Shown here piece by piece: positions 1-24,880 of a DNA stretch of 64,000 bases. The DNA is from the human T2T-CHM13v2.0 reference genome, Homo sapiens, in the NCBI RefSeq assembly GCF_009914755.1, contig NC_060937.1, one strand, 5' to 3'. Numbering within the stretch: position 1 is the first letter of the stretch; every line of letters begins with the position of its first letter. The translations under genes and the position numbers were made by a program. Under the pieces are notes generated by a model. That model was not told the origin of the DNA and did not search any database. It saw only the letters and a program-made list of their open reading frames with translations.

Positions 1-850
1 CTGCGGGTAGCTGCCCGCAGGGAGGCCCAACCTGCCGCGGCTGGAGCACGGTTTCTGCTAGCCGCCGCCGTCAACTTGAACTTCAGTGAGCCTAGGCCGG
101 CTTCCTTCGCGCTCACCTCCATCCACCACCTAAGAAGTCCCCTCAGCGCGAGCGTCGCTTTATCCGGAGGCAGCTGGAGCCCCCTCGGGAGGCCCGTCAT
201 TATTATTATTAATTATCGTGATCCTTACTGCATTATTAATGCCCAGGATGATAACCGGCATCGGTATCAGCTTTCCCTGGTTCAGTGATATCCCACGAAG
301 TTCGGGGCGGGGAGGAAGTCACTCCAGGATCAGAGGCCGCGTCGGTTCTGCTTGGGGCATGGGCAGAGGGAGGCTGCTGGGGCCAAGCCCCGGCTGGACG
401 CGAGGGAAGAAACTCGTCCCAGGACCCGCACGCCCATACCTGGCTGTCCCAGAGCTCTTCCCTAGGCCGGCACCTTCGCTCTTCCTCTTCCCCACCCCCT
501 AGCCCTTTTGTCTCTTTTTCAGACGGATGTTTTCAGTCTCAAGTGGTTTTATTTTCCGCACAAAACCCTGAGATCAAGGGCAGATCACAGACTGTACCGG
601 AGGCTCGGGTTTCCCTGGACTCTGTGCTGTTCTGCGTCCCAGGGTTGGCTAGGAAGGAAGGCCTGGGCCGGCGAGGTGACGGGTCTCCCGCCCAGGTCGG
701 CAGGACGGGGGGAGGTGTGTCCCGGTAGGTCCCTGGTGAGCTCACCCGTGGCATCGGGGACCCGCGGGAACCCACCGGGCGCCCACTAGAGACTCGGGTC
801 CTACCCTCCCCCACACTACTCCACCGAAATGATCGGAAGGGCGCGCTAGG
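1..850. promoter_or_regulatory. CpG island (probably runs off the left edge of the window)
   Basis: High GC with dense CpG (gccgccgccg, cgcgagcgtcg, ccgcgtcgg) and no interspersed repeats. Confidence 0.8.
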
Positions 851-923
851 CCTGCTTCCAAGGGCTCAGTGATAAAGGCCTCAAAATCACACTCCATCAA
901 GACTTGGTTGAAGCTTTGGGTAG

Positions 924-962
924 GTTTGTTGTTGTTGTTGTTGTTGTTTGTTTGTTTGTTTT
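924..962. repeat. (GTT)n/(GTTT)n microsatellite
   Basis: gtttgttgttgttgttgttgttgtttgtttgtttgttt; a (CAA)n run also lies at about 1212-1241. Confidence 0.9.
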
Positions 963-1399
963 AGCAGACACGTCCTGGAAAGAGGTCCTCAGAACCCAAA
1001 GGTTCAATAATGATTTGTGGATGGATTGATTATAGTCTGATATCGCTCTGGTTCCACAGAAACCCGGAGCTCCTTGGCCCACTGTTACCCCAGCAGACCT
1101 AAATGGACGGTTTCTGTTTTTCACTGGCAGCTCAGAACTGGACCGGAAGAAGTTCCCCTCCACTTCCCCCCTCCCGACACCAGATCATTGCTGGGTTTTT
1201 ATTTTCGGGGGAAAAAAAACAACAACAACAACAACAAAAACACTAGGTCCTTCCAGACTGGATCAGGTGATCGGGCAAAAACCCTCAGGCTAGTCCGGCT
1301 GGGTGCCCGAGCATGAAAAGGCCTCCGTGGCCGTTTGAACAGGGTGTTGCAAATGAGAACTTTTGTAAGCCATAACCAGGGCATCCTGAGGGTCTGAGT

Positions 1400-3200
1400 T
1401 CACGGTCAAGGCTGTGGGCTACTAGGTCCAGCGAGTCCAGGCCTCGCCCCGCCCCCGAGCTGCCACAGCCAAGATCTTCGGCAGGGAATTCGAGACCAGG
1501 GTCCTCCCACTCCTGCCCCGCCCCGACAGTCCGAGAACTCTCGGTGCTGGGGCCACCTCGTCGCCCTCCCACGTTTCTCTTTTGTTCCCAGGAGCCGACG
1601 AGCTTTTGAAGAGGTGACACCTCGCTTCGCCTTCTCCTGCTCTAGGCCCTGCCCTCGTCCAGCATCCCTCCTGCCCCACGAAGCGAGAGGATGCTCAGCG
1701 CAGCTGCCAGGCAGAGAGTGTGTGGGGAGGTCCCTTGCCTTTGCGCGCGCGCACACACACAGACACGCACACACACAGACACACATACACACAACACACT
1801 CACACCATATGCTCACACACCCTCACCTCCTTCAGCTTCCGCACCTCCCAGCCACAGGCTCGCGTGAGTGGGAAGGACCTGAGGCCGCAGAAATGTGGGT
1901 TAGCGTGGGCAGCAGGAGATGCTCCCCGCACCCCTCCTCCCATTCCTACCTCCCCCAGCCCTTTCTAGCGCCTCTTGGAGGGGACCGGGCCTGCCCTGCG
2001 CTCTCAACCTAATTCGGCCTCGGAGGGTCCTCCCCCACCCAGGGCGGCACTCCCCAGGCCGGCACTCGCGCCACTGGCGTGGGACTAAGGCTCCCTGCAG
2101 TTGGGTCTCCCAAGCCCACTTCCAGGGGCTGAGAGAGGCCAGGCTGCCTTGCCTGCCCGCGCGCCCTCCAGCCCTCGGGTGTAGGGAGGGGAGCGCCCCC
2201 TCACCTCCAAGGAAATCTGGAGTAAGGGAAGAGCTGCCTGGCCCCCGCGTCCCCTGAACCTGGCCTCAACCTCTGCCTTTCCCAACCTCCCGGGCTAGGT
2301 TTATCTCTGTCCTAAAGGCCAAGCCGGTGGCCCTGGGGAGCAGAAGGGAGCTCAGAGCTGCTGGAGAAGGTGGGGGGTAGAAATAATAATAATGTCAGAG
2401 ATAATCATCGCAGTTAACGCTCAGCGACTGGGCTGCTCCGCGGAGGCCGGCGGAGGCCTACAGAGGCTCCTGACTGGCAGAACTGGAGGTGTGGGTGTGG
2501 TTCCCTTTTCACCCCGGCTCTTATGTTGCCAGTCTCCCCCCTACCACCAGGCAAAGCCCCCCTAAACTTAGGGTCTGGAACAAGGCCGAGCCAGCGAGGG
2601 CCTGCCAGGAGCTGCGCTGGAGCCTCTCGCTGCATCCAGAGCTGGTTCTTGTTCTTTTCTCTCTCTTGGCCCACTGGGCCCACAGTGGTTAGGTGGCCGA
2701 GTGTGGTTTCCCGAAACTCTTTGGAGTCGCCTGGGTCTGCGTGCCCCTGGCCCCGTCCTCACCCCCGGGCTCGTCCCCCAGCCTCCGCCGGCCCGCCTGT
2801 GAATGGTGGATTTAATGAGCGTTTGTGTGGCGTTGGCCGGCGGTTCTGAAGATGCGCTGACCTGGAGGGAGGGCGCGAAAGGTCAGGCGCATGCCGGGCC
2901 CAACTTGGGCTCCTCCCAGGCCCACGCTGCTCCGATATTGATCCTGGGAGAAAGATAAACAGAAAAGCTGGACATTCAGTCATGAATACTAATGAGCCAG
3001 GGTAGGGGTTTTAATTGCTGTGGACTTCCTTTCTCCAGTTAATCCTTATTGCAAACTTCGCTGGAGTCAGCTTTCTCGGGCCTCCCGCCTCCTTGTATTT
3101 TCCTGTGAAATACCCAGGCGAAAGAGACCCGTGACAACTTGACTTTCTCCTCTTCGAGAGGCCCGTGTGAGCTCGAGAGCCCACAGCCCGTGTTTCCAGT
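1400..3200. promoter_or_regulatory. CpG-rich island/shore block
   Basis: GC-rich, CpG-retaining, repeat-free; GC boxes such as cgccccgccccc (1445) and gccccgcccc (1515). Confidence 0.65.
1742..1805. repeat. (GC)5(AC)n alternating purine-pyrimidine tract
   Basis: tgcgcgcgcgcacacacaca followed by imperfect CA repeats. Confidence 0.9.
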
Positions 3201-6200
3201 GTGGCTCTGTTTACTAATTATGGAAATATAGGGATCCTATAAAATAAATTGTTTCAATATGGCTTTGGCGAGTCTGCTTCTTGACTTCTTCACCCTTATT
3301 GTTTCAAAGACTTCGTGTGTCCTTGGCCTTTAAACTTCCTCTTGACAATTTCATCTTTTCTCCCGCCACGGAGCTCCTTTCTACTCCAAACGGTGCATTT
3401 TTTCCCCAAATGTTCACGTTTCTCAAGTCTCCAGGACTTGGCACTGGCTTTGCCAACCGCAGTGTCTAAGTATTTCAACCTAGCAGTGAATTCTTAGGCA
3501 AGCTAATTTACCACGTTACACAAATTTTGTGGTTTCTTTGGTACCTACAAGCAACATTGTAATATGAGACAGGAATCTAAAAGAATTGTCAGAAAGATTT
3601 CTGCCTCCATTCTTGATATGCATTTGATAACTTACGTATAATCACTTTTATAAAAATAAAGCCATTCTTGAGTGAGCTTTTTCTTGAAACTGCATTAAGT
3701 CGACTGTAAATTCTATAAAGCAGTTTTGGCTGTGTGATCAGGAGAGAAATATATAAGCCCATTTTTGTGACAGACTAGGTAGAAATGCGTTGAAACCCAA
3801 GCCAGAAAAAAAAAATCAGTTGTGCTAGAGAAATTTCCATTATTCTGATCCTTAAAGTTTTGAACAAAATAAGCCTGTATTTCACTTCATTGTCAATAGG
3901 TCCCAGCATTGAAATCTCCTGAGGATTCTGTTTCACTTACACTTTTCAGTCCAAACTTTTTTTTCTTTGCACAATGATTTATTATGTAGGTAATTTTAGG
4001 GGATGCAGTTTACAGCTTGAATTATTAGACTGAACACCTCTGGCTGACACCACGACGCCTTTTTTTTTTCTGCCTGCAGCTGTGAGTCACAACCCCATTT
4101 TCATACCCAACCGCTGCACATTCCTTCACAATGTATACTTCCTTCTTGCAAAGATCAAACATGCTTTGGTCAAAGTGTTTATTTTAAAATACAGGAAAAT
4201 TAAAACTAAACACAGCTCTACTGAAAAATCCCCAAATGTATCATATTTTCCTCCTCCTGTGCCCACAAAAAAATTAACAAATTGCACCACTTTCTGGGGT
4301 AAAAAAAATGAATTGAAGGAGAACACACAGACACATAGAGACATAGTGTTCATTTTAGTGTTGAAACACACCAGAAAACTTCCCACTTCCATTCATATTT
4401 GGATTCCTGTTTGGATGTCTAGTTTTTACTATAAAAAATATCACAAACCAAACAACAACAACAATGTATCATTAAAAAGATGCTGACAGTTATGTATTTT
4501 ATTCACCAACCTACACACTCCTCATTCCTACTTCATTTTTCCCCTCCTAGTGTTTTTCTTGTAATTATATCTTTCAGATTGTAACTTTCAGGGGAGAAGT
4601 ATATTTTGAAATATTTTCTAAATAGAAAACAAAAGGTCTCAGTAACTCAGAAATAAGTTAACAATTCCTAAGCATCTCTGTGGGTCTTTGGCATGTGTGT
4701 GTGTTTTCTTTTTCCTTTCAAATTAAGATGAAAAAATTATAAGGGAGAATCACTCCATCTCAGCACCTAAATCCTGTAAAGTGGACTTTAACTGCAGATT
4801 TTGGTGGACAAGCTGCCCTTCTGCAGCACACTCTCTAACTGCATATTTCAGCTTCTCGATGCTCCCACTTGAAAGAGACATAGACCTCAGCCACCTCCTC
4901 TCTGAGGCAATTTACTCAGCTTCTCCAATCACACAGTTCTTTAACGGGGCAGAAATTGTTGGGTTGTTTTTAATCAAGTTTGGAAGCTGAATCTCTTTCC
5001 CCTGATGACTGTGCCCAGGGGTGGATCCGGCTGAATGTCTGGCGCTGCGGGCAGCGGGCTTGGCCACCCGTTTTTCAGACACAACACCAGAGAATGGCAC
5101 TGAAATAATCGCGTGTAGCAGAAATGTTTAAAAACATTAACCTCTCTTATTTTCTATACTTGTGAATTAAAAGGCAAAAGAAGCTGAAAGGAAATCTGAA
5201 ATGATACTCATTTACCTACTGAAGGCAGACCAAGAAACTGTAAAGATGCTTGATGCTTTGAAAATGTACTCTGTAAAATCTTTCAAATTAGATGCTGCTT
5301 AAGATCAATGGCAGTAAAAATATTTTTATGGTTTGATTGGTTAAAACATTTTTAGATATTAGTGATGATAAATTAACAGATCAGAAGTTTCTTTCTAGGA
5401 ACAATTTGGGAGGGATATAGAAAGTAATCTAGTAATCTAATAATACTCTTCCTATTGTTTAAAGGGAGACAAATTATAGTACATACTATGTGGACTTTTT
5501 TAAACTTTAGATCAATAAAAATATTTGGCTTTCATATACTATTGAAAATTCTTTGCGAAAGTGGAGAATCAAGGATTTTAAAGACCAAGAACAAAACAAA
5601 GAATCAGATTACAGTCTTCCTCTAAAATACACTTCTTCCTTTGCTGGGTTTTCAAATGATATCATTGGTGATTCTTTGTTTATTTGAACAATCTCTTGAA
5701 ATTAAAATGGATTGAATATTTCCCTCTAGGTAGTTCAACTTCAGACACACAAATATTTCTAAAAGTTCTAAATGTAAATCAAAGACTTTATAAAGCTTCA
5801 GCAACAACATTTCATATCATGGCAAAACCAATTTTATTGTGACATTCCTCTCATATCTGGCAGATTATCAGACACATCAAAAATTCTCACCTTGAAAATG
5901 CACTCTTCCAAAAATCATATACATTGGAGAAACTAATTTTTATAATGTGTAATTTGTGGTTTATTATCTCATTTCTGTTTTTAAATCCAAGTGAATTAAT
6001 TTAAAAAGTAAATTTGGATTAGAGGGGAGACATTAGTGAAAAGTCTTATGTATTAATCAAATTCTTCTCAACTACCTCCAGTATGCACACACATCATTCA
6101 CACACACCCTTCTTGAGAAGAAAAAAAATGTTCCAGCTGAAGAGAACAGTCATATCAGCCATTTGGCTTCAAATGCCTTATACAAAAGTTTAAAATAGCT

Positions 6201-7938
6201 ATTTTGTAATATGGCAAAACTATCGTTTAATGTTTCAGGGTAACATTTTTCTAAATCTTCATGTGATAGTTTACTTATTCAAAAATGTAACAAATGATTG
6301 ACTTTATTGGGCAAAATATTGCTCTACATATTTGTTAAAGTAGATATCTCACATAGGGTGCCATTGTAACTTATGTAAGTCTCTTTTCCGTACAATTGTG
6401 TTCACTTGTAGGTAATCTACTATTCTCTTGTGCCTCCAACATTGTTGCACTTGAAAGTTGAATGTTGAGGACTCAAGGTTGGAAACCAAATCGAGTGCCT
6501 TGTGTGGAAGCAAAAGATGTTTTCCTCTGACAGATGCTACTTTGGGTGTCTTTTCTGCTAAGCAGATCTCCGCGTTAAATTAGCCTAATCATTTGCCTCT
6601 CTGTTTTTTCTAAAGGTCTGTGGTCCAAGTAGCAGTCATTCCTGCAATAGACGATAGGTTCTGTTCGGTAGCGGGAATGTCCTGTTTCTTTGCTTTAAGT
6701 TTCACTTTGTGATTAAAATGCAATAAAATAAGTCTGGAAAATCATTTTTAAGAGAGCACTTTCAAGAAGCACTTCCTTTCCTAGTGCCAGACAACGGTGC
6801 TCCCCAACCACTTGGCTGGAACGCTTGCTTTCGATTTGTTTGTTTCGCGCATTTCCCTAAAGAGCCGGGCTCTTTGCGCTGTTTTAATTCTGCTTTAAAA
6901 ATGCATCGCTTCTGCCCTGAATCCTTCTCTGAAACAAATTCCTATCGAAAGTGTATCAGATTCGTTCCAAATATGGGATATGGATCAATATTCCCATGCT
7001 ACAAATATTTTTTAAATTGTTTTTGTCGTAGGAGTCCACACTTTTGCAATATATTTTTAATTGAAGTAGGGTTGCCTGTTATTTCTCATGATACACAAAA
7101 AAGTAGCAATTACCGTCTGCTTAGTCCTTCCTTTATTATTATTTTTAGCCCGTGTATCATTACCTAACTGGTATGCGTTCTTCTGCCCAGCTCCTGATGA
7201 TCTAGTTGAATTCTAGACATTGTGCCAAGAAGTGTATTTGAAGCAGATAAGTACGTATAATACAAATGCGTCTTGTTAGACCTGATGGATGCTATTTTTC
7301 TTTTAATAGGTTTGTAGCAAACTAACACAATAACACAATGTATTCCTTTTCAAGATACATTGTTGAAACAGGTCTATTAAGAGCGCGTTGAGCTATTTCT
7401 CGCTTCCATTGAACAGTCTGTTGCTCAAACACAACAGCCAACAAACGCCAGCTGCCTCAACAAAAGTAGAAACCTAACCCTTTTATGTAATGTTTTAACA
7501 GAAAGGGTAGCTCTGTTTAATTAAAAACATTGATGATTCAGTGAAACAATAGAAACTCAAGTTCAAGTGGTGCTCTATTGATTTAAGATGATTTTTTACT
7601 AGCAATGGGTATAATTCATTTTTTTTCCAGTTCTCTCTTGTGTAAAGGGGTTCCTTCTGGGGGCATTATTTGGGTGAATAGGAAAAGACAGAGATGGCTA
7701 TTGCCTTAGAAACCTGATTAACGTATATTGCTTTGAGGGTAAGGTGTTTAATTTATAAGTGCACCCCATATTTTTTGTCAGTTTATTCGCGGTGGGGAAG
7801 CTTTGAAAGTAGCTCCTCTCAGCAGGTTAAAAAGTGAAGTCTGCGTCCTGGCAGTTAAATGTCTTTGTTATTGTGTCAGGCAAGTTGTTGAAAACTGCAT
7901 GCCCGGAATATTAAGGTTGGGCGGCTAGAGGAGGCAAG

Positions 7939-7939
<1 letters not shown>

Positions 7940-7983
<44 letters not shown>

Positions 7984-7988
7984 CGCGC
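7940..7988. repeat. (TG)18(CG)6 microsatellite, Z-DNA-prone
   Basis: 49 bp of perfect purine-pyrimidine alternation at the left edge of the second CpG island. Confidence 0.95.
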
Positions 7989-9060
7989 CCCTGGGCGCAG
8001 GGCTGTGTGTGCGAGGACAATTATTTTCATCAGCTGCTTGCTAGCCCGCGCCCGACTGCTCCTCTTTGCAGAACCGACGGGCTTTCAACTCTGGAAGTGA
8101 AGCAGGACGAATTCCTCCATGGAGACTCCCTCCTTGGGAACGTCGAACTCTCTCTGCCTTGGGGAGTGGGGCTCGATAAAGGGTACCTAGGTCGCACCCT
8201 GGCAGGGGAGCACTAGAGGGCCGCGAGGTCCCGGGTTTCGCCATCCTGAGACCCCCGCGCGGATGGCCCAGGAGGGGCGCGGCGGCCCTGAGTCAAGGTG
8301 GGCGGGGGCAGGTGCTTCCCTCCACCGCGTTGTCCTATGCCGGCGCGGTCCCCACCGCCCGACCTAGCCCGGCGCCGGCCGAGCACGGCGGCCGCGCTTC
8401 GCACTCCTTCCTCCCACCGGGTCCGCAGGCCCGGCTTCACGATTCCCGGGCCCTCGGGCATGTGAGGGACTTGAGTGAATGCAGCTCCCTCAACTCACTC
8501 CCGCAAAACCACAGCCAAGAGGGCCTTAAGTCAGAGAACCCGGCCTAGGAGCCTCCCCTAGAGCCTCGGCGCGGGCCCCTTCCCCTTCCCCACATCGGTC
8601 GGCCGAGGGAGCCTAGAGCCGGTGGGAGACGGGCAGCGGCCTCTCCTGATCCTTTCCTGCGGTCATACAAGTTCCTAGGGTGGGCCGAGGACAGAGCGCC
8701 TCAGGCATCGTCGGCTTCCCACGGCTGCGGCCCAGGCCCAGCCTGCGGCCTTGGAGCCATTCGCTCCAAGCCCCGACAGGCCGCGACCGCCTCGAGGGCC
8801 GCACTTCCGCCTGCTACCGACTTTCCGCGCACCCAGGGGTCAAAAGGCACGGCCCGCCTCTACCCACTTCCGGGGTCCGGCCTCCCCAGGTCCGGCTGGC
8901 CCCCACCCAGCCCAGGGCCCCTGTGGGTCCCGGAAGCCGGAGGACCGCTGAGACCGAGGCCTGGAGCCCGTCGCCCTCCGGGCCCACCTTGGCGGATGAC
9001 AGTCGGGGAGGCCGAGGCCAGAAAGGGACCCGCGGGGGAAACGTCCACAGGGGCCCCTTA
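7980..9060. promoter_or_regulatory. CpG island, candidate promoter/regulatory element
   Basis: Very high GC/CpG; ETS motifs CACTTCCG (8802), CACTTCCGG (8865), CCGGAAG (8930); GC box gggcgggg (about 8300). Confidence 0.8.
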
Positions 9061-9372
9061 GGCCTACAGTGAATTATTTAAGCTGTTCCTGGTGTTTAAA
9101 GAGGTTTTTCAGTTTTTAAAGAATGTTGTAAAAAAATATCAGCCCTTGTTAACTCCCTCATTACATGCTTTTTTTTCCCTCAGCTGAACAAGCTCTATTT
9201 CCTGAGTCGCAGGAGTAATGTAAGTGTTTAAACGTGTGTCAAGTGTCTTATAAATAATACAAATTCATACAGAAGAGGAGGAGATTTAACTGATACCTGA
9301 AGGACTTGGCATAGCCACATTTGCTGTGCGGTTGTTTTTGGACAGGGACGTGTGGTCGGGAAATCGCCCTGA

Positions 9373-12975
<3,603 letters not shown>

Positions 12976-13445
12976 AAAGCTTTGTTTCTAAATGAAACTA
13001 CTTGATCTTCTCTTGCTTAAGATAAGTTTACACCCAGGAGGCTTTTCAGTCTGTCATAGGAATACATTTCAGGTGGTTTTCTTCTTATGCTTTCAGAATT
13101 GCTCTCATATGTATGAACTCTAGTGATGGAAACAACTTAGATTTTATAGTTGGGGAGTAGTTGAGACTATTCCTCTTCCCAGTACACTCACGCAGACACA
13201 GATGTGTATACACACTGATAAACTCCTAAATTGGCAGGTGAAAACTTTGCTGAGCTTAACAAATACCTTTTTGATATGTAAACAGTTCCTAAGAATGCCA
13301 GCCATCTGCTGAAAGCCAGACAATAAATTATGAACAGAATAGTCAATGCATACATAACTTATTTATTTGTTCTTAAACATTAGCCATATCTAGGCAGTCT
13401 TTGAGATGAGCCTCTGTTGCTAAACTCAGATTCAGCATTTTGAAC

Positions 13446-14077
<632 letters not shown>

Positions 14078-14294
14078 TTCTTTTTTCTTTATGTACCACT
14101 CCCCAGTCCATGAAAGAAAATGGTGCCTCTTTATAGGAAAAGATGCATAGTACTTCATATAGTGTCAGGTAGCTTGTTCTCTAATGGTGGGGTTAAGGCA
14201 AGTATGGAACACAACGAAATAATACAAGGTAAATAATGTTAAAGTATGGAAAGGGGCTAATACAAAATATAGTAAGTGCCTTAAGGAAGTATCA

Positions 14295-14585
14295 GGCCAG
14301 GCACGGTAGCTCATGCCTGTAATCTCAACACTTTGAGAGACTGAGGTAGGAGGATTGCTTGAGCCCTGGCGTTTGAGACCAATCTGGGCAATATCATGAG
14401 ACCTCATCTCTACAAAAAATCTAAAAATTAGCTAGGCATGGTGGCATGCGCCTGTAGTCCCATCTACTCAGGAGGTGCTTAAGCCCAGGAGGTCATGGCT
14501 GCAGTGAGCTGTGATCACGCCACTGCACTCAAGCCTAGGTGACAAAGAGAGTGAGACCTTATCTCAAAAGAGAGAGAAAAAGAGA
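14295..14585 (+). mobile_element. AluJ-type element
   Basis: Diverged Alu with AluJ-type ggaggattgcttgagccc segment and A/GA-rich tail. Confidence 0.88.
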
Positions 14586-14599
14586 AGAAATATCAGAAA

Positions 14600-15905
<1,306 letters not shown>

Positions 15906-16609
15906 TCTATGTGATATTTTCTAGATCATCTCTCAGTTTTGAGAAGTTCTATTCATTTTGTATAATACATATATATACTTGTTAACAAGTTATTGAACAA
16001 TCACTCCTCTTTTGGCCAAGCCAAAATAACTGATAACAGAGTGTAAACCACATACAACTGGACAAAATACATAAAACAACTGTTTTCAAATGTTGGACAG
16101 CAGGCAGTACGGGACTGTATCTGTTGGAGAAGGAAAATGCACAAGTTGAGCCTCACAATTTGCCTTTCTGTGTGGAGGCACTTTGTGATCCATGGTGCAG
16201 GGAGGTGGAACCCTTGTAGAATATTGTGGTCTTCATGAGTTGAAGATATAGAGATTGGATTTTTGAGCTGTTGAGTTCTATAATGGCTAGGTCAGGTACC
16301 AGAGAGGGAGCTCCACAGAGAAGTAGCACTAAAAGTCTGCATAAGGGCCACTTAAGTCTTTGACAAAATATAAGCTGTGTATTCACAGGGAGAAACTCTG
16401 CAAGACCTGGCAGAGAGTAGCTACAGTGTAGCTGAATGGAGACTCCAGAAATCATACTGCACTGGAAGAGATGTTGGACTTTCAGTCAGCCACAAGAGAG
16501 ACCTCACTAAACACACCACTTAACAACATAGGAGTATGGCTATTCTGACCCTAAAGTGTCTACTAGACCCATGCAAACAAAATTGTAAAACAATTGAGTT
16601 GATAGGTCA

Positions 16610-19546
<2,937 letters not shown>

Positions 19547-20308
19547 CTAAATTTAGGAAACATAACGAAGAATGACTTCTCATCAGAAACAACATAAGCC
19601 AAGGGGATAGCATTTTTAAAGTGCAGAAAGAAGACGATGTCAACCTATATCCAATGGAAATATCCTTCTAAAATGAAGGGGAAATAAAGATATTTTCAGA
19701 TAGGTTAGAGAATTAGTCACTAGCAGGTCTGCACTATGAGAGATGTTAAAGGAAAGCTGAAGGAAAAAGATACCAGGTAGAAAAATCATGTCTATGAGAA
19801 GGAATGAAGAACACGTGAGCATTTGTGGGTAAATATAAGAGACTTTTTTCATTTTTAAATTCCTTTAAAACATAATCGACAATTTCAAGCAAAAACAAAA
19901 TAAAATGGTGATTTATTGTGGGGCTTAAATTATGTAGAAGTGAACTGTAATGGCCATAATAGCACAATACACAGGAAGGGAAAAATGGAAGTCTATCATT
20001 TTAATATTCCTTTGTTATATACAAAATGGTCCAATATGAATTCATGGTAAAGTGTGTAATAAGTTAAGAATGCATATTATAACCCCTAGAACATTGGGTG
20101 AAAAACAAAGAGGTATAATAAAAAGCCAATAGAGGACACAAAGTGGAAAACAAAAATAATCCAAAATAATGCAGAGAAAGAGGGGGAAAAAAACAGCAAC
20201 AACAAAAACATCTTGTAGTATCTAGTACTAATAGAAAACAAAGATTCAGATAGTGGCCTGAAACCCAACAATTTTTGAGACAGTTTTACTGTGTCGCTCA
20301 GGCTAGAA

Positions 20309-20623
20309 CAGTGGCCCCCAACCTTTTTGGCACAAGGGACCTGTTTTGTGTAAGACAGTTTTTCCATGGATGGGGGAGAGAGGATGGTTTCAGGATGATT
20401 CAAACACATTACATTTATTGTGTACTTTATTTATATTATTATTACATTGTAATGTATAATGAAATGGTTATACAACTCACCATCATGTAGAATCAGTGGG
20501 AGCCCTGAGCTTATTTTCCTGCAACTAGATGGTCCCATATGGGGGGTGATGGGAGACAGTGACAGATCATCAGGCATTAGATACTCATAAGGAGAATATA
20601 GATCCCTCATAGATCCCTCACAT
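20309..20623 (-). mobile_element. MER1A (hAT-Charlie) partial, inside an Alu fragment
   Basis: Terminus cagtggcccccaacctttttggcac and MER1A-type internal cattacatttattgtgtactttatt; Alu sequence on both sides (20273-20308, 20624-20672). Confidence 0.8.
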
Positions 20624-20778
20624 CCCCAAGTAGCTGGGACTTTAGGTGTGTGCCACCATGCCTGCCTAATTTGTGTGTGGATAGAAAAATATTATATACC
20701 ATGTAAACACTAATCATGAGGAAATGGAGTGGCTTTTAATGTCAGAAAAGTATACTTCAAACAAAGAATATTATCAGA

Positions 20779-21964
<1,186 letters not shown>

Positions 21965-22044
21965 AATAATGATAAACATTCATGGAGAAAATAGCATAGT
22001 GTGAAATGGGCAGAACTAAAGGGAAAAGTGCAGAAATCTATACT

Positions 22045-22856
<812 letters not shown>

Positions 22857-22958
22857 ATATGTATTCTTTTCAATTGCAATTTGAACATTTGCCAAAATAG
22901 ACAATATGCCATGTCATAAATCTAGTCTCAAAATTCAAAAGATTAAAATTATACAGAT

Positions 22959-23300
<342 letters not shown>

Positions 23301-23527
23301 ATACAGATATGTGACCTAAATTAAGTGAAATTAGGAATTGAAAACAAAAAAGATATTTGGAAAATGCTGAAATATTTGGAAATTAAGCCACACAGCCTAT
23401 GTAACTTATGGATCAAAGAAGAAATCACAAAGGAGGTTAGAAAATATGTTGAGCTGAATGATAATGAAAACACATAAAACCTGGGGACACAATTAAAGCA
23501 GTCCTTAGAGAGAAATTTGTAGCTTTA

Positions 23528-24880
<1,353 letters not shown>

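Noticed and set aside
76-2983. Overlapping Pro/Gly/Arg-rich ORFs in the CpG islands (also 7941-9072)
   Set aside because: Stop-poor GC-rich DNA gives ORFs on all frames; many use non-ATG starts; no recognisable domain
4082-4486. 134-aa ORF in unique AT-rich DNA
   Set aside because: GTG start, low-complexity K/N-rich composition, no recognisable homology or exon structure
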